DNA of 64,000 bases from an uncultured virus (IMG/VR IMGVR_UViG_3300017992_000022) (IMGVR_UViG_3300017992_000022); one strand, 5' to 3'. Counted from the stretch's first letter, positions 38,224 through 47,000 are shown. Translations and numbers: made by a program. The notes: a model not told the origin generated them from the sequence alone.

Positions 38224-38466
38224 CTAGATCTGAATGTTGACCTTGATCAGATCGTCCTTGATCTGACGACTGGTCTCCTCCACTTTGAAGCCTTCCCCCG
38301 TAAGAACATCGTAGAGCTTCGCGCGAACCAGCTTCAAGTATGGGTCTTCCACAGCCAGGGAGTCACGTACAATCACCGTTCGCATTGTCCCGTCCGCGAC
38401 GGGGATGCGAAAGAAGACCTCGCTTCTGACCGCGTACTTGTTCGTTCCTGCTTTAGGCTTAGGCAT
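38224..38466 (-). CDS. Hypothetical protein
   Basis: 80 aa; TAATG coupling. Confidence 0.6.
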   Translation of the reverse strand: MPKPKAGTNKYAVRSEVFFRIPVADGTMRTVIVRDSLAVEDPYLKLVRAKLYDVLTGEGFKVEETSRQIKDDLIKVNIQI

Positions 38467-41400
38467 TAGCCGCTCTTCTTGCCTTTCTTTGGTATTTTCT
38501 CGTCCCTCGATATCGCACCGAGATACTCAACAACCTGGTTTAGCTTTACGGTCTGTGTCTTGAGCTCAGTGACCATCTTCCCTTCCTTGGGATCGATACC
38601 CGCCGCAGAAAGATCCTGTGGATCTAAACCGGCTCTCTTAGCCACCTGGACGCTATAGCTCTTCACTGCCCCGCTAACAGCTCTCTTGACGCCGATGCGG
38701 GTTTGCTCGCCCACTGTCAACCCCCCACGCATTTCACCGACCATACGGTCGATATCCTCTTCCTCATAACCTCTAGCCTTGAGCCGCTCTCGTATCATAC
38801 TTGTATCGGTGCCACGGATAAGACCCGTGGTCACTTTCCGTAACTCTTTTTGACTTAAACCCGAGATGCCGAGCTGAGCCAGCCTTCGATGGATTCCTGT
38901 TTTAGCTTTGCGGGATATCTTCTCACCCTCCTCGATGTCCCTACTGATACCAAAATCCTGAGCCTCCTCCTTCACCCTAGAAGCCCCCGACAAAACCAAA
39001 CCGATGTCAGTTCCGGACAAACCCTTCTCCTGAAGAATAGCGCTCATTCGACGAGCCTTCTCAGGATCGTCGGCTGCTGCTTGAGCAAGACGTGACAACC
39101 TATTCAGCTGAGCACTTGGAGTCAGTCCCCCCGTACTCATGGCCTCCGTGAACGCTTGTGTCAAACTAGTGTCTCCGCCACCAGCAGTGCGGATTAGATC
39201 TATGCCTTCTCCCAGCGTCTTTCTAAAACGTACCTTTCTTCTACGAAGGGTATCGTCGACGGCTTGGCGGTCCTTCATCCATGCACTAGCGCCCAGCTTA
39301 CCCATCAAGTCGGCTATGACCTCAGCCTGGGGGTTATTTGGATCTTGCATGCGGATAGCCACGTCACGCATCCTCTCTGAAGTGCTTCCATCCCTACTCA
39401 CTTCACGCAGTAGACCTCTTGCTTGATCTTCGAGCCGCTTCGCCTTATCAGGATCTCCCTTCCCGGTAGTCTTCATGTCCTGGCGTATTGCCCGCGCACG
39501 AGCGAAGAGGAGCATAGCCCTCTTACCCCGAGAGTCTTTCTTCAACTCCTCAATACCTCGTTCAGGAACCTCTTCTCCACCCAGCATGATGTCCCGAGCG
39601 CTCAGCAACTTTCCGGCTAGCTCTTCTGTGGCGCCCTCCTCGTATTTTTCGATCGCCTCCCTTCGAGCCTGCCCTCCAGAAGGCAATCCTTCCAAACCAG
39701 TGAAGCCAGTAAATTCACCCCGAGCCTTCCCTTGCATCGCCATGAGACGAGCAGTGGCTTTCCTACCACTAAGACCCGCGAACAGTTGTTGGGCCTGCCC
39801 TCCCGCACGACCTTGTTGGATCCTCTGAATGACTTGAGTCGCGTACTGCTCTTGTTCTTCTTGCCCGAGAGCCCCCATCCCCATCCGTCCTCGGAGATTC
39901 AAAACTTCTGCTCCGCGCAAATACTTCTGCACCTGCTGCGCTCCCGCTCCTCCCAGAGCTTCCCTCATCTGCTCAGTCCCACCGAATCCAAGAGCCCTAG
40001 CTTCCCCCACTCCGACCATCCCGCGCGAAGCTCTTCCAAGAGCTTCCCTCTCCCGAATATCCGCCAAACTAAATTGGCGACCGCGCCCAAAAATACGCTG
40101 CCCAGCCCAACCAGCAGCCCCACCAACCGCGGCGCCCACAGCTCCGAACAACCCCATGCCGATAGTTGCCCCGCGAGAAGCCCAACTTCTGCTACCCGAC
40201 ACCGGTCGGAATCCGAGCCGCATCATCTGAGCAGAACCCGCTTGCCCCACGTACCCACCCTTAATTTGACCGAGCTCCCGGTCCATGATGTCTCTCGGAC
40301 CAAACCCAGCAGACAAGTAGTCTCTGTTCCCGGTCTCCGCTGACCGGACCATCGCCCTGACGGCCTCCGCAGAAATGCCCCTCTCGCGTCCCCCCGTGCC
40401 CAGCAATCGGTCGGAGAAGCGCTGCCAAGTTCTTCCCACCTGGTAAGAGAAATCAGCTCCTGCCTCACGTAGAGGGCCGTCAATGTTCTGTCTCCACCAC
40501 TGCCCTATCCGCCGCTTGAAACCCTCGTAGGTGTTCGCCATCTGCTCTTCGCGTTGCCTCCCCTGAGCATCGATGGAGGCCTCAGAACGAGCAGCCTGAA
40601 TCTGCATCATTCGGGGCATTTCGCGGGCCAGCTTGGCCACGATGTCAGCCTGTCGGCGATTGCCACCCATAAAACGTTGAATGATTCTACGGGTTACTAG
40701 GCGGTCTCTAGCTCCCCCTCCCCACAACCGGCTCCCTGTCAGACTCCGGACGATGCCCAAAGCTGCCTGCGGACCCTGAGCCGCCAGCTTTCCCCGGAGC
40801 TCCCCCTCGTTTCCTACGAACTGATAAGCCCGTCTTCCCGAGACGTTACGCCGAGCAGAACGGCCTATCTCGCCGACACTCATTCCGCCAGCCATAAACC
40901 GTTGTAGTTTGGCGGGATCTAGGCCGGTACCTTCGCGGTCCATCATCGAGGCTAAAGCCCACCGCCCAACCCTCGAGCGAGCGAACCGCGCGGTAGCCCC
41001 AGCTAGCATTGTCCCGAGGTTTTGAGCTCCCTCAGCACCAGTACCGAACCCGGCCTCTCCTAACGTCCTCGAGCTCACCACGTTGCCAAACAACGCCGCC
41101 CCACCCATCATCTGCGCTCGGGCCATCATCTGAGAACCCTGCTGCCCCGTCCCACCAATCCTCCTGGCCATCTGGGCTCCCATGCCCATCACAGCTTGGG
41201 ATTGCTGTGCACTCATCCCCGTATTGGCCTGCACTTGCCTTACTTGTGCGGCGTGCCTCGTGATGTCCTGCGGTGTCCAAAAACCTTGCTGGCGAGCCTG
41301 CTGGAAGAACGGCAATGCCTCAGAGAGCGTCGTGTTGAACGTCTTGGCGATCTCCGTCAGCGTGTCCTTCATCTTCGTGAACCGCTGACGAAACTCCCGC

Positions 41401-42107
41401 GCGTCCTGTACGCCCCGAAAGACTCCCATCTGAGCTCCCCGACCCATGATCCCTAGGAGCTCACTCGGAGTCGACATCATGTCCTTGCTGCCCATCGTCT
41501 GAAGCATTTGGCCGACTTGCCGTTGCTCCACTTGTCCGAAACCGTACCCCGTTCGCGATTCGGGATTCGTAAAGCGGAAAGTGTTCTGCAACATCGATCC
41601 AACTTGATTTTGGAACTGTGCCCCCTGTGCCATCTGACCAACCGCGTAGCTCCCCGCATGATAGAGACCTAACGCAGGAAGAGCACCTAAAGCCCCCATG
41701 CCGATCCCGCGGGCGATGCCGCCAAGACCGCCTCTGGCTACCATGCCCAGATTGGACCCAATACCTGCCCCCGATCGCCAACCTACACCACGCGCAAACC
41801 CGCCCATCGCACCGGAAAAGGGGTCTAACATCCTGCCGACAGTGCCGCCCATCATCATCCCCGCACCGGCTACGATCGGCGCACCATAACTCGCTGCAGC
41901 ATTCATCATCCCCGGGGCAGCTGCTACACCTTGATTAAACTCCTGCGCCCCAGGAGACATCATCGGGCCATAGGGGTTGGCGTAAGTAGGAGCCACTCCC
42001 ATCGCTTGACCCATCGGAGAAATCTGTTGGGCGTACGTGGCTGTGTTACCGAACATGGCCTGCTGGCCAGCGATCATTTGGTTGATCTGGTGACTGGTAA
42101 CGGGCAT
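38466..42107 (-). CDS. Probable tail tape measure protein
   Basis: 1213 aa, rich in G/A/M/Q/R, helical with glycine-zipper segments; first gene of the tail block; AGGAG RBS. Confidence 0.65.
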   Translation of the reverse strand: MPVTSHQINQMIAGQQAMFGNTATYAQQISPMGQAMGVAPTYANPYGPMMSPGAQEFNQGVAAAPGMMNAAASYGAPIVAGAGMMMGGTVGRMLDPFSGAMGGFARGVGWRSGAGIGSNLGMVARGGLGGIARGIGMGALGALPALGLYHAGSYAVGQMAQGAQFQNQVGSMLQNTFRFTNPESRTGYGFGQVEQRQVGQMLQTMGSKDMMSTPSELLGIMGRGAQMGVFRGVQDAREFRQRFTKMKDTLTEIAKTFNTTLSEALPFFQQARQQGFWTPQDITRHAAQVRQVQANTGMSAQQSQAVMGMGAQMARRIGGTGQQGSQMMARAQMMGGAALFGNVVSSRTLGEAGFGTGAEGAQNLGTMLAGATARFARSRVGRWALASMMDREGTGLDPAKLQRFMAGGMSVGEIGRSARRNVSGRRAYQFVGNEGELRGKLAAQGPQAALGIVRSLTGSRLWGGGARDRLVTRRIIQRFMGGNRRQADIVAKLAREMPRMMQIQAARSEASIDAQGRQREEQMANTYEGFKRRIGQWWRQNIDGPLREAGADFSYQVGRTWQRFSDRLLGTGGRERGISAEAVRAMVRSAETGNRDYLSAGFGPRDIMDRELGQIKGGYVGQAGSAQMMRLGFRPVSGSRSWASRGATIGMGLFGAVGAAVGGAAGWAGQRIFGRGRQFSLADIREREALGRASRGMVGVGEARALGFGGTEQMREALGGAGAQQVQKYLRGAEVLNLRGRMGMGALGQEEQEQYATQVIQRIQQGRAGGQAQQLFAGLSGRKATARLMAMQGKARGEFTGFTGLEGLPSGGQARREAIEKYEEGATEELAGKLLSARDIMLGGEEVPERGIEELKKDSRGKRAMLLFARARAIRQDMKTTGKGDPDKAKRLEDQARGLLREVSRDGSTSERMRDVAIRMQDPNNPQAEVIADLMGKLGASAWMKDRQAVDDTLRRRKVRFRKTLGEGIDLIRTAGGGDTSLTQAFTEAMSTGGLTPSAQLNRLSRLAQAAADDPEKARRMSAILQEKGLSGTDIGLVLSGASRVKEEAQDFGISRDIEEGEKISRKAKTGIHRRLAQLGISGLSQKELRKVTTGLIRGTDTSMIRERLKARGYEEEDIDRMVGEMRGGLTVGEQTRIGVKRAVSGAVKSYSVQVAKRAGLDPQDLSAAGIDPKEGKMVTELKTQTVKLNQVVEYLGAISRDEKIPKKGKKSG

Positions 42108-42174
42108 TCGGAGATCTCCTACAGTGCGGCTAGACTAGCCTATCAAAAAGCCCGCAAACACTCCACTATCGGAG

Positions 42175-42182
42175 GGTATAAG
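42175..42182 (+). promoter_or_regulatory. Phage promoter-like motif GGTATAAG
   Basis: Ends 26 nt before ATG 42209; recurs at other transcription-unit starts. Confidence 0.6.
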
Positions 42183-42208
42183 ATCTTTGGTGAGAAAGGA
42201 GGAATTAT

Positions 42209-42595
42209 ATGATCGTTGAGGGTCTCGTCCTTCTCGGGATCGCGGCCTCCTTGCTGGCGCCGGCGGCGAAATCCGTCGCCGTCGGAAAGGCGGCGGAGAA
42301 GGTCGTGGACAGGATGGTGTCCACGACCAAGTTCCGCCTGGAGGACGGAACAGTCCTCCAGGTCGAACTCTGCGATCTCGGAACTGAGGAAATAGCGTTC
42401 CTCAGTCTCGGAGATCACGAAGTAGTCGTGACCAAGTCGGAGAAGGACTTTTCCGACTTGGTCATGCTGACTCAGCTGTACGCCCACCTTGGAGCGCCGG
42501 TCCCGCCCGAGGTGGGGGCGCAGCTGGCAAAGATCTGGCAGTCCCGCCTCAAGGAGATCTCTTGTTCGCCGTCCAGGCGAACAAAGAGACTCTGA
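42209..42595 (+). CDS. Hypothetical protein with hydrophobic N-terminus
   Basis: AAGGAGG RBS; flanked by a promoter motif and a terminator. Confidence 0.75.
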   Translation: MIVEGLVLLGIAASLLAPAAKSVAVGKAAEKVVDRMVSTTKFRLEDGTVLQVELCDLGTEEIAFLSLGDHEVVVTKSEKDFSDLVMLTQLYAHLGAPVPPEVGAQLAKIWQSRLKEISCSPSRRTKRL

Positions 42596-42603
42596 CGGCA
42601 GGG

Positions 42604-42631
42604 AGGGGGCGTGAAAAAACGCTCCCTTTTT
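42604..42631 (+). terminator. Intrinsic terminator
   Basis: AGGGGGCGT-gaaaaa-ACGCTCCCT stem followed by a T run, just after stop 42595. Confidence 0.7.
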
Positions 42632-42632
42632 A

Positions 42633-42640
42633 GCTATAAG
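42633..42640 (+). promoter_or_regulatory. Promoter-like motif variant GCTATAAG
   Basis: Directly after the terminator and 6 nt before the first stem of the candidate RNA. Confidence 0.5.
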
Positions 42641-42646
42641 GTCTAT

Positions 42647-42940
42647 GTTCAGCAATGGACGATCGCACGACGATCAACGAAGTCCCGCTGAGCCTGGGTG
42701 GTCAGGAGAATTCGGGCAACTGGATTCCAAGATCGACATCCCGAGTGTCGGGGTGTTCAGTACCGGCAGCCCCTGCATATCAGGGACGTAAGTATCCGAG
42801 TCAGGTGCACCCCAACATGACACTCAAATTTTTACCTAGGTTGCAAAAAGGGGGGACGTGAGCGCCGCCCGCCAGTGTTTTCTTAGCGGGTACCCTCGAC
42901 CGTACGTCAGCGTTGGGCAGCAGTGAGCCGGCGCAGCGTT
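42647..42940 (+). ncRNA. Candidate multi-domain structured ncRNA of unknown class
   Basis: Consecutive nested stems with G-U pairs and a GCAA tetraloop; the overlapping ORF has no RBS. Confidence 0.45.
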
Positions 42941-42954
42941 ATCGTACCACGAGA

Positions 42955-43215
42955 TCAATCGAAGCAGCACGAGCCAACAGATCTTTTGAGCTCTTCCAAT
43001 TCCAAGCGTTGCAGAGGAGGGCACTCGTGTTGCCACATGTCCTCGTAACACCGGCACGCTTCCTCATTGCACACCAATGCCCGCCAAGGGTCTCCGCCCA
43101 ACTTCCATTGTGCCTCACACACTACATCTGTGCAGAAAGCCTCATCCCAAGTTGGATCTACGTCCTGACCTCCGCATGAGGCCAAAACCAACAATGCCGC
43201 TACCAGTAACTTCAT
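42955..43215 (-). CDS. Cys-rich lipoprotein
   Basis: Signal peptide MKLLVAALLVLAS-C with lipobox LASC; eight further Cys. Confidence 0.65.
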   Translation of the reverse strand: MKLLVAALLVLASCGGQDVDPTWDEAFCTDVVCEAQWKLGGDPWRALVCNEEACRCYEDMWQHECPPLQRLELEELKRSVGSCCFD

Positions 43216-43310
43216 GGGGCGGTAGCATTACAGGATGACGGTCAGGAGATCAAGTAAAAGATCTCCTTACTCGATCGAGTGACCGAGCTAAAGAGAGGAA
43301 GAAGGCCTAA

Positions 43311-43484
43311 CTATGCTGCGAGACCATCCGCGTTTTGCGATCTAGTTTGATCTCTTTTACGAGAATCCTTATCCCCGTGCAGCAAAGCCTTCGTGCAAGA
43401 ACGGCACAGATGCTTGCTGGGGTCGCCGTGGAGATGAGCCAACCCAGGAACCGCGCGGCCACAGCAGTGTACACAACGTAACAT
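43311..43484 (-). CDS. Small Zn-finger protein
   Basis: Start reassigned to ATG 43484 (AAGGAGG RBS); CVHC..LCRSC. Confidence 0.6.
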   Translation of the reverse strand: MLRCVHCCGRAVPGLAHLHGDPSKHLCRSCTKALLHGDKDSRKRDQTRSQNADGLAA

Positions 43485-43670
43485 GACGGGCCTCCTTTTT
43501 ACGACCCGCATGTTCTGCAGGCCGTCAGAAGATCGACGTAGGCTTCGAGGAACGGAACACACCCCACGGGTCATCCCTGAATGTCACTCGAATAACGCTC
43601 GTCGATCTCATGGTTCTTCTGTCAGTGTGACCACTTGTTCAAAAATGTCAACAGTGTACGTGTCTCAGCT

Positions 43671-43703
43671 AAAAAAGGCCGCGCTGAGGAGTACCGCGCG
43701 GCC
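43671..43703 (-). terminator. Intrinsic terminator
   Basis: GGCCGCGC/GCGCGGCC stem plus T6 on the minus strand, after gene 43727..43939. Confidence 0.75.
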
Positions 43704-43726
43704 CACTGACACGATCCAGGAGGAGA

Positions 43727-43939
43727 TCATGTCACGATCTTGTACCCCAAGTACTCCCGAAGGATTTGCTGTTCTACGGAAGATAAGGGCTCCATTCCTT
43801 GACCCATCATCCAGTTCTCGAATGCGCGAATCTCGGCCCCCAGACTGTCAGCTGCTTTAACAGGCTCTTTCTCCGCCAACCTTCGGAAACCTTCTTTGTC
43901 GAGACTCATCACAATCTCGATTGTCTCCTTGTTTGCCAT
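43727..43939 (-). CDS. Hypothetical protein
   Basis: 70 aa, AAGGAG RBS, own promoter motif and terminator. Confidence 0.75.
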   Translation of the reverse strand: MANKETIEIVMSLDKEGFRRLAEKEPVKAADSLGAEIRAFENWMMGQGMEPLSSVEQQILREYLGYKIVT

Positions 43940-43965
43940 AGCTATGTTGCTCCTTCTCCGCTCGC

Positions 43966-43973
43966 CTTATCCC
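43966..43973 (-). promoter_or_regulatory. Promoter-like motif GGGATAAG
   Basis: Ends 26 nt before ATG 43939; back-to-back with the motif at 44018. Confidence 0.6.
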
Positions 43974-44017
43974 GTCTAACAGAAACTTTTTGCTTACGCA
44001 AGTATCCGTCGTCGATC

Positions 44018-44025
44018 GGTATAAG
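44018..44025 (+). promoter_or_regulatory. Promoter-like motif GGTATAAG
   Basis: Heads the long plus-strand gene run; followed by hairpin GGCGGC-agtta-GCCGCC and an AGGAGG RBS. Confidence 0.6.
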
Positions 44026-44077
44026 AGCAACAGTGCACTGAGGCGGCAGTTAGCCGCCATTGATTCAGGAGGAAACG

Positions 44078-44440
44078 ATGTTCATCGTGAAGCAGTCAGG
44101 AGAGCACCTAGTTCAAGCAAGAGATTTCATGGAAGCTGTCAAAAAGGCTAAAGAGAAGATGGCAGTGTCCTTCTCAAACGGGGACCCCTTGTACTTTGAA
44201 GTCTGGGATACCTTCGGTCAAGACTTCTACGTTCTGGAAGAAGACGGTGTAGGGAAAGTGGAGCAGCTCGTCCACTTCACAGTGACAGAAAGATTGGAGC
44301 TGGTGAAGAAGATGAAAGAGCGGGCTTCGGAGAATAAGAGCGAGCTAGACCGCCTCTGCGAGCTTGCCGCTCTACAGGTGCGAGACAAACGCTCTTATGA
44401 TAGCTGGGTGCGCAAGGATGCCGAAAATGTTGACAGCTGA
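44078..44440 (+). CDS. Hypothetical protein
   Basis: ATG 44078 with AGGAGG RBS. Confidence 0.7.
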   Translation: MFIVKQSGEHLVQARDFMEAVKKAKEKMAVSFSNGDPLYFEVWDTFGQDFYVLEEDGVGKVEQLVHFTVTERLELVKKMKERASENKSELDRLCELAALQVRDKRSYDSWVRKDAENVDS

Positions 44441-45119
44441 TCTAGTGGAACAGCTGGAATCCGCAAGAGAGGAGTGCGGAGACGATAAGTTCTTCGGCGT
44501 TCGATCTGGGAAGAATGAGTTCTTCGTCTGCAATTGGTCCTTTGGTCTGAGATTCCTCGACGAGGAAGTGCTGAATGGGCGGCATGTGACGCTTTTGGAG
44601 GATGAGGCAGACCGCATCTGTGCTTTGAGCGAAACCAAACGAGACATCATCCGACATATCTACCGCAGGTCCTGGATGGACATCTTGATCGGTACAGGTA
44701 TCTACCAGGATGCTGAGCTCGTTCAACTGAAAGAAGACGAGTCAAAAATCTTCAAGTCGCACGGTCTCCGTGTCCTACCTTTTGAGACTGATACACTGCG
44801 ACGCTACTACGTGCGTGAGCCCTACTTCGATATCGTCGAGGGGCTGCTCGACGAAGTCTATCCAGTCATCTTCCGTCCGATCAATAACCCAACCTATCCT
44901 GACGATTACCGCCCCATGCTGGTACAGGACAAGAACGGCGACGTTAGAGGACTCCTAGGGACTGTTACGGAAGAGAACATGTGGAACCCAATAGATCTCA
45001 CGAAGGAGTATCAGCAACACGTGGAGACAGCCTTGGAGGATATCCTCGATGCAGACCTTCCTGCCAGATCCAGGTTTCGCGCAGTCAGCCAAGATACTAG
45101 ATCTCCGTCGTCTGGGTAA
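44427..45119 (+). CDS. Hypothetical protein
   Basis: Likely start MLTADLV, overlapping the upstream gene end. Confidence 0.65.
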   Translation: MLTADLVEQLESAREECGDDKFFGVRSGKNEFFVCNWSFGLRFLDEEVLNGRHVTLLEDEADRICALSETKRDIIRHIYRRSWMDILIGTGIYQDAELVQLKEDESKIFKSHGLRVLPFETDTLRRYYVREPYFDIVEGLLDEVYPVIFRPINNPTYPDDYRPMLVQDKNGDVRGLLGTVTEENMWNPIDLTKEYQQHVETALEDILDADLPARSRFRAVSQDTRSPSSG

Positions 45120-45516
45120 ACAACGCCTAGAATCTCGGCAGATACTCAAGACACTACAAGAAGGAGGAAAATGGGAGAGACACCCGGCCGTCTTGATGTG
45201 GGAAGGATACGAACTCGCGTTGACCTATTACGGTAACGTCATGATCGCCGAATGGATCTTGCGCGGCTGCAGGAACACTATGCCTCTAATACTCGTGGAA
45301 GAGCACCCACACGACATACCGATGCCGCCGTGGTTGGGGTTCCCACCTTTCCATGACTCACACTGCTCCAACCTATTACGGAAGAACCCCGAGTTCTACG
45401 AAGACAAACTGCCGCGTCTAGTAGAACCGGGTCTTCCATACTACTGGCCCACAAAGGAGGATTCGTGGAGAAGAGCAAAAAACTGGGAGAAGAGAAAGCC
45501 TCCCCCGAAGCACTAG
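45049..45516 (+). CDS. Pyrimidine-dimer DNA glycosylase-like protein (endonuclease V/MSMEG_6728 type)
   Basis: MQTFLP..SAKILD.RRLGKQRLE..HPAVLMWEGY..PPWLG..HDSHCSNLLRKNP..LPYYWP. Confidence 0.85.
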   Translation: MQTFLPDPGFAQSAKILDLRRLGKQRLESRQILKTLQEGGKWERHPAVLMWEGYELALTYYGNVMIAEWILRGCRNTMPLILVEEHPHDIPMPPWLGFPPFHDSHCSNLLRKNPEFYEDKLPRLVEPGLPYYWPTKEDSWRRAKNWEKRKPPPKH

Positions 45517-45740
45517 AGCAAATGAGGGACAGCCCGTACAATCACAAAGACACTAAGTGGGCTGCCTACCAAAATCTGGCCTTAGACAGCTACAACTGCG
45601 GGCATCTCCAGTTTTTGGCAGTAGGCCCGAGCAACACCTTCAAAGAGAAACCAGCTCAATACCCAGATACCGAACATGGTCTCGGATGGCGTTATCGCTT
45701 CGTGGGCTGGGTCGATCTAGAGACGGGAGAAGTTAAATGA
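45465..45740 (+). CDS. Hypothetical protein
   Basis: GTG start with AAGGAGG RBS. Confidence 0.65.
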   Translation: MEKSKKLGEEKASPEALEQMRDSPYNHKDTKWAAYQNLALDSYNCGHLQFLAVGPSNTFKEKPAQYPDTEHGLGWRYRFVGWVDLETGEVK

Positions 45741-45970
45741 ACTGTCAGAGATGCAGAAGAGTGAAAATCGTTATCGAGATAGATTGCGACGACGCAGCTC
45801 TGCATGACGACTTCGAGACCGAGTTTCCTCGCCTCCTCAACGCCATCCCGCAAAAGATCTTCAACCAGCTCGAGCGGAGCGGGCGTTGCATCTGCGAAGC
45901 CCTGGAGTCAGACGACAAGCTACTGGATATCAACGGCAACACCGTTGGAAGGATCAAGGTGTTCAGATGA
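45737..45970 (+). CDS. Hypothetical phage protein
   Basis: ATGA coupling; C-terminal LLDINGNTVG. Confidence 0.65.
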   Translation: MNCQRCRRVKIVIEIDCDDAALHDDFETEFPRLLNAIPQKIFNQLERSGRCICEALESDDKLLDINGNTVGRIKVFR

Positions 45971-46329
45971 TCAGGGAGGAAGAGCTCTCGAAAGATCGCA
46001 TCTCCGGTACCAATTCCGCAGAAGCAGAGGAGCTAAAGTGGTGGGTTCTCCACTACATCGATCAAAAGAAGCTGGTCACAGCTGATGATATCTACAAGGA
46101 CAGCGAATGTGGGGACATCGCCATGTACCTCGCCCTGCATCAGCTGGTCACCCGCAACCTCATCGAGGGCCTCTCTCCCTACGACGAGAGATCAAAAGGG
46201 CACAACCACCACCAGATGCAATTCCGCAGGGCCATGAACGATCAGGCGATGCTCTTTTCCCACGCAGCCGAAAGAATGGCCAAGGATTGGGATCCCAATA
46301 AGTGGGGTGTCAATACGGTGTGCCCGTGA
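45967..46329 (+). CDS. Hypothetical protein, possibly winged helix
   Basis: ATGA coupling; VLHYI..VTADDI..ALHQLVTRNLIE. Confidence 0.55.
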   Translation: MIREEELSKDRISGTNSAEAEELKWWVLHYIDQKKLVTADDIYKDSECGDIAMYLALHQLVTRNLIEGLSPYDERSKGHNHHQMQFRRAMNDQAMLFSHAAERMAKDWDPNKWGVNTVCP

Positions 46330-46688
46330 TTGAAGACACCAACAGAGATGAGGCCCTCGTCGCTGCCGACGTTCTGATGGAATCCGGCGCCATGCCTCAC
46401 GCCTACCTCACAGCTTGGGTCCCCCTGGAGATGCTAGGCGTCGTCCAGGTCACCGCTGTCCAACATCATCGTACGGATTCACGTCCGACAAGGACCAGGA
46501 CAGGGACAGGGACATGGACAAGGACATGGACCAGGACCAGGACAGGGACAGGGACATGGACAAGGACAAGGACAAGGACAGGGACAGGGACATGGACATG
46601 GACAAGGACAAGGACAAGGACAGGGACAGGGACATGGACAAGGACAAGGACAAGGACAGGGACAAGGACAAGGACCTTCAGAGCCTAG
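46326..46688 (+). CDS. Protein with a (TR/TG/TW)n dipeptide-repeat tail
   Basis: GTGA coupling to the upstream stop; DEALVAADVLMESG N-terminus; reads through the hexamer repeat. Confidence 0.5.
   Translation: MIEDTNRDEALVAADVLMESGAMPHAYLTAWVPLEMLGVVQVTAVQHHRTDSRPTRTRTGTGTWTRTWTRTRTGTGTWTRTRTRTGTGTWTWTRTRTRTGTGTWTRTRTRTGTRTRTFRA
46487..46675. repeat. Tandem hexamer repeat, 31 units of GAC(AAG/AGG/ATG/CAG)
   Basis: Read directly from the sequence. Confidence 0.97.
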
Positions 46689-46963
46689 AGATCGGCCACG
46701 GACTTTGGATCGACGTGCCGCTGCCTGACGGCGCCATGGAACGTTGGGTGGGCTCTTTCGCAGGTTGTACGGCTACGGAGATCATCCTCCGCCCCGCCGC
46801 GTACATCGACGATACTGGCAGGCTTTACAAAGCGTGGGCCGGTGAGTGGGACGAACACACGAACGTGGAGCCCCTGCCATCTCACCAAGCCGTGAGGCTA
46901 CCGAGATGGGGAGCCCGGGTCATGGACTGGCCCTACCCAATCCCACGAAAGGCGATGAAGTAG
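46634..46963 (+). CDS. Conserved-looking phage protein (WVG...AAYIDDTGR...VEP...W..P pattern); start uncertain, inside the repeat
   Basis: Globular domain follows (DK/DR/DM)n; the only in-frame ATGs upstream of the domain lie in GACATG units. Confidence 0.6.
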   Translation: MDKDKDKDRDKDKDLQSLEIGHGLWIDVPLPDGAMERWVGSFAGCTATEIILRPAAYIDDTGRLYKAWAGEWDEHTNVEPLPSHQAVRLPRWGARVMDWPYPIPRKAMK

Positions 46964-47000
46964 AGCAAGAGGTCATCATCTGAAGAAGAAGGAGATAACC

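Noticed and set aside
13253..42107. Bacterial contractile injection system or tailocin
   Set aside because: Flanked by phage-type small genes, a ligase, an exonuclease and a sigma factor, with no host housekeeping genes; a phage genome fits better.
42655..42861. 68-aa ORF over the candidate RNA
   Set aside because: No RBS and no protein-like features; the extensive base pairing explains the region better. Leaderless translation is not excluded.
43624..43651. Host sigma70-type promoter TTGACA-N16-CACACT (minus strand) and a 28-aa ORF after it
   Set aside because: Weak -10 box, short spacer and no clear RBS for the mini-ORF; plausible but not supportable.
42596..44077. tRNA, tmRNA, RNase P or SRP RNA
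   Set aside because: No T-loop GTTCRA with cloverleaf, no GAGGAAAGTCC and no SRP helix-8 motif seen by eye.
46450..46671. Minus-strand (SL)n ORF
   Set aside because: Trivial consequence of the hexamer repeat.
46487..46675. CRISPR array or DGR variable region
   Set aside because: No spacers. Variants differ from GACAAG at A positions, but no reverse transcriptase or template repeat is present and the first A never varies.
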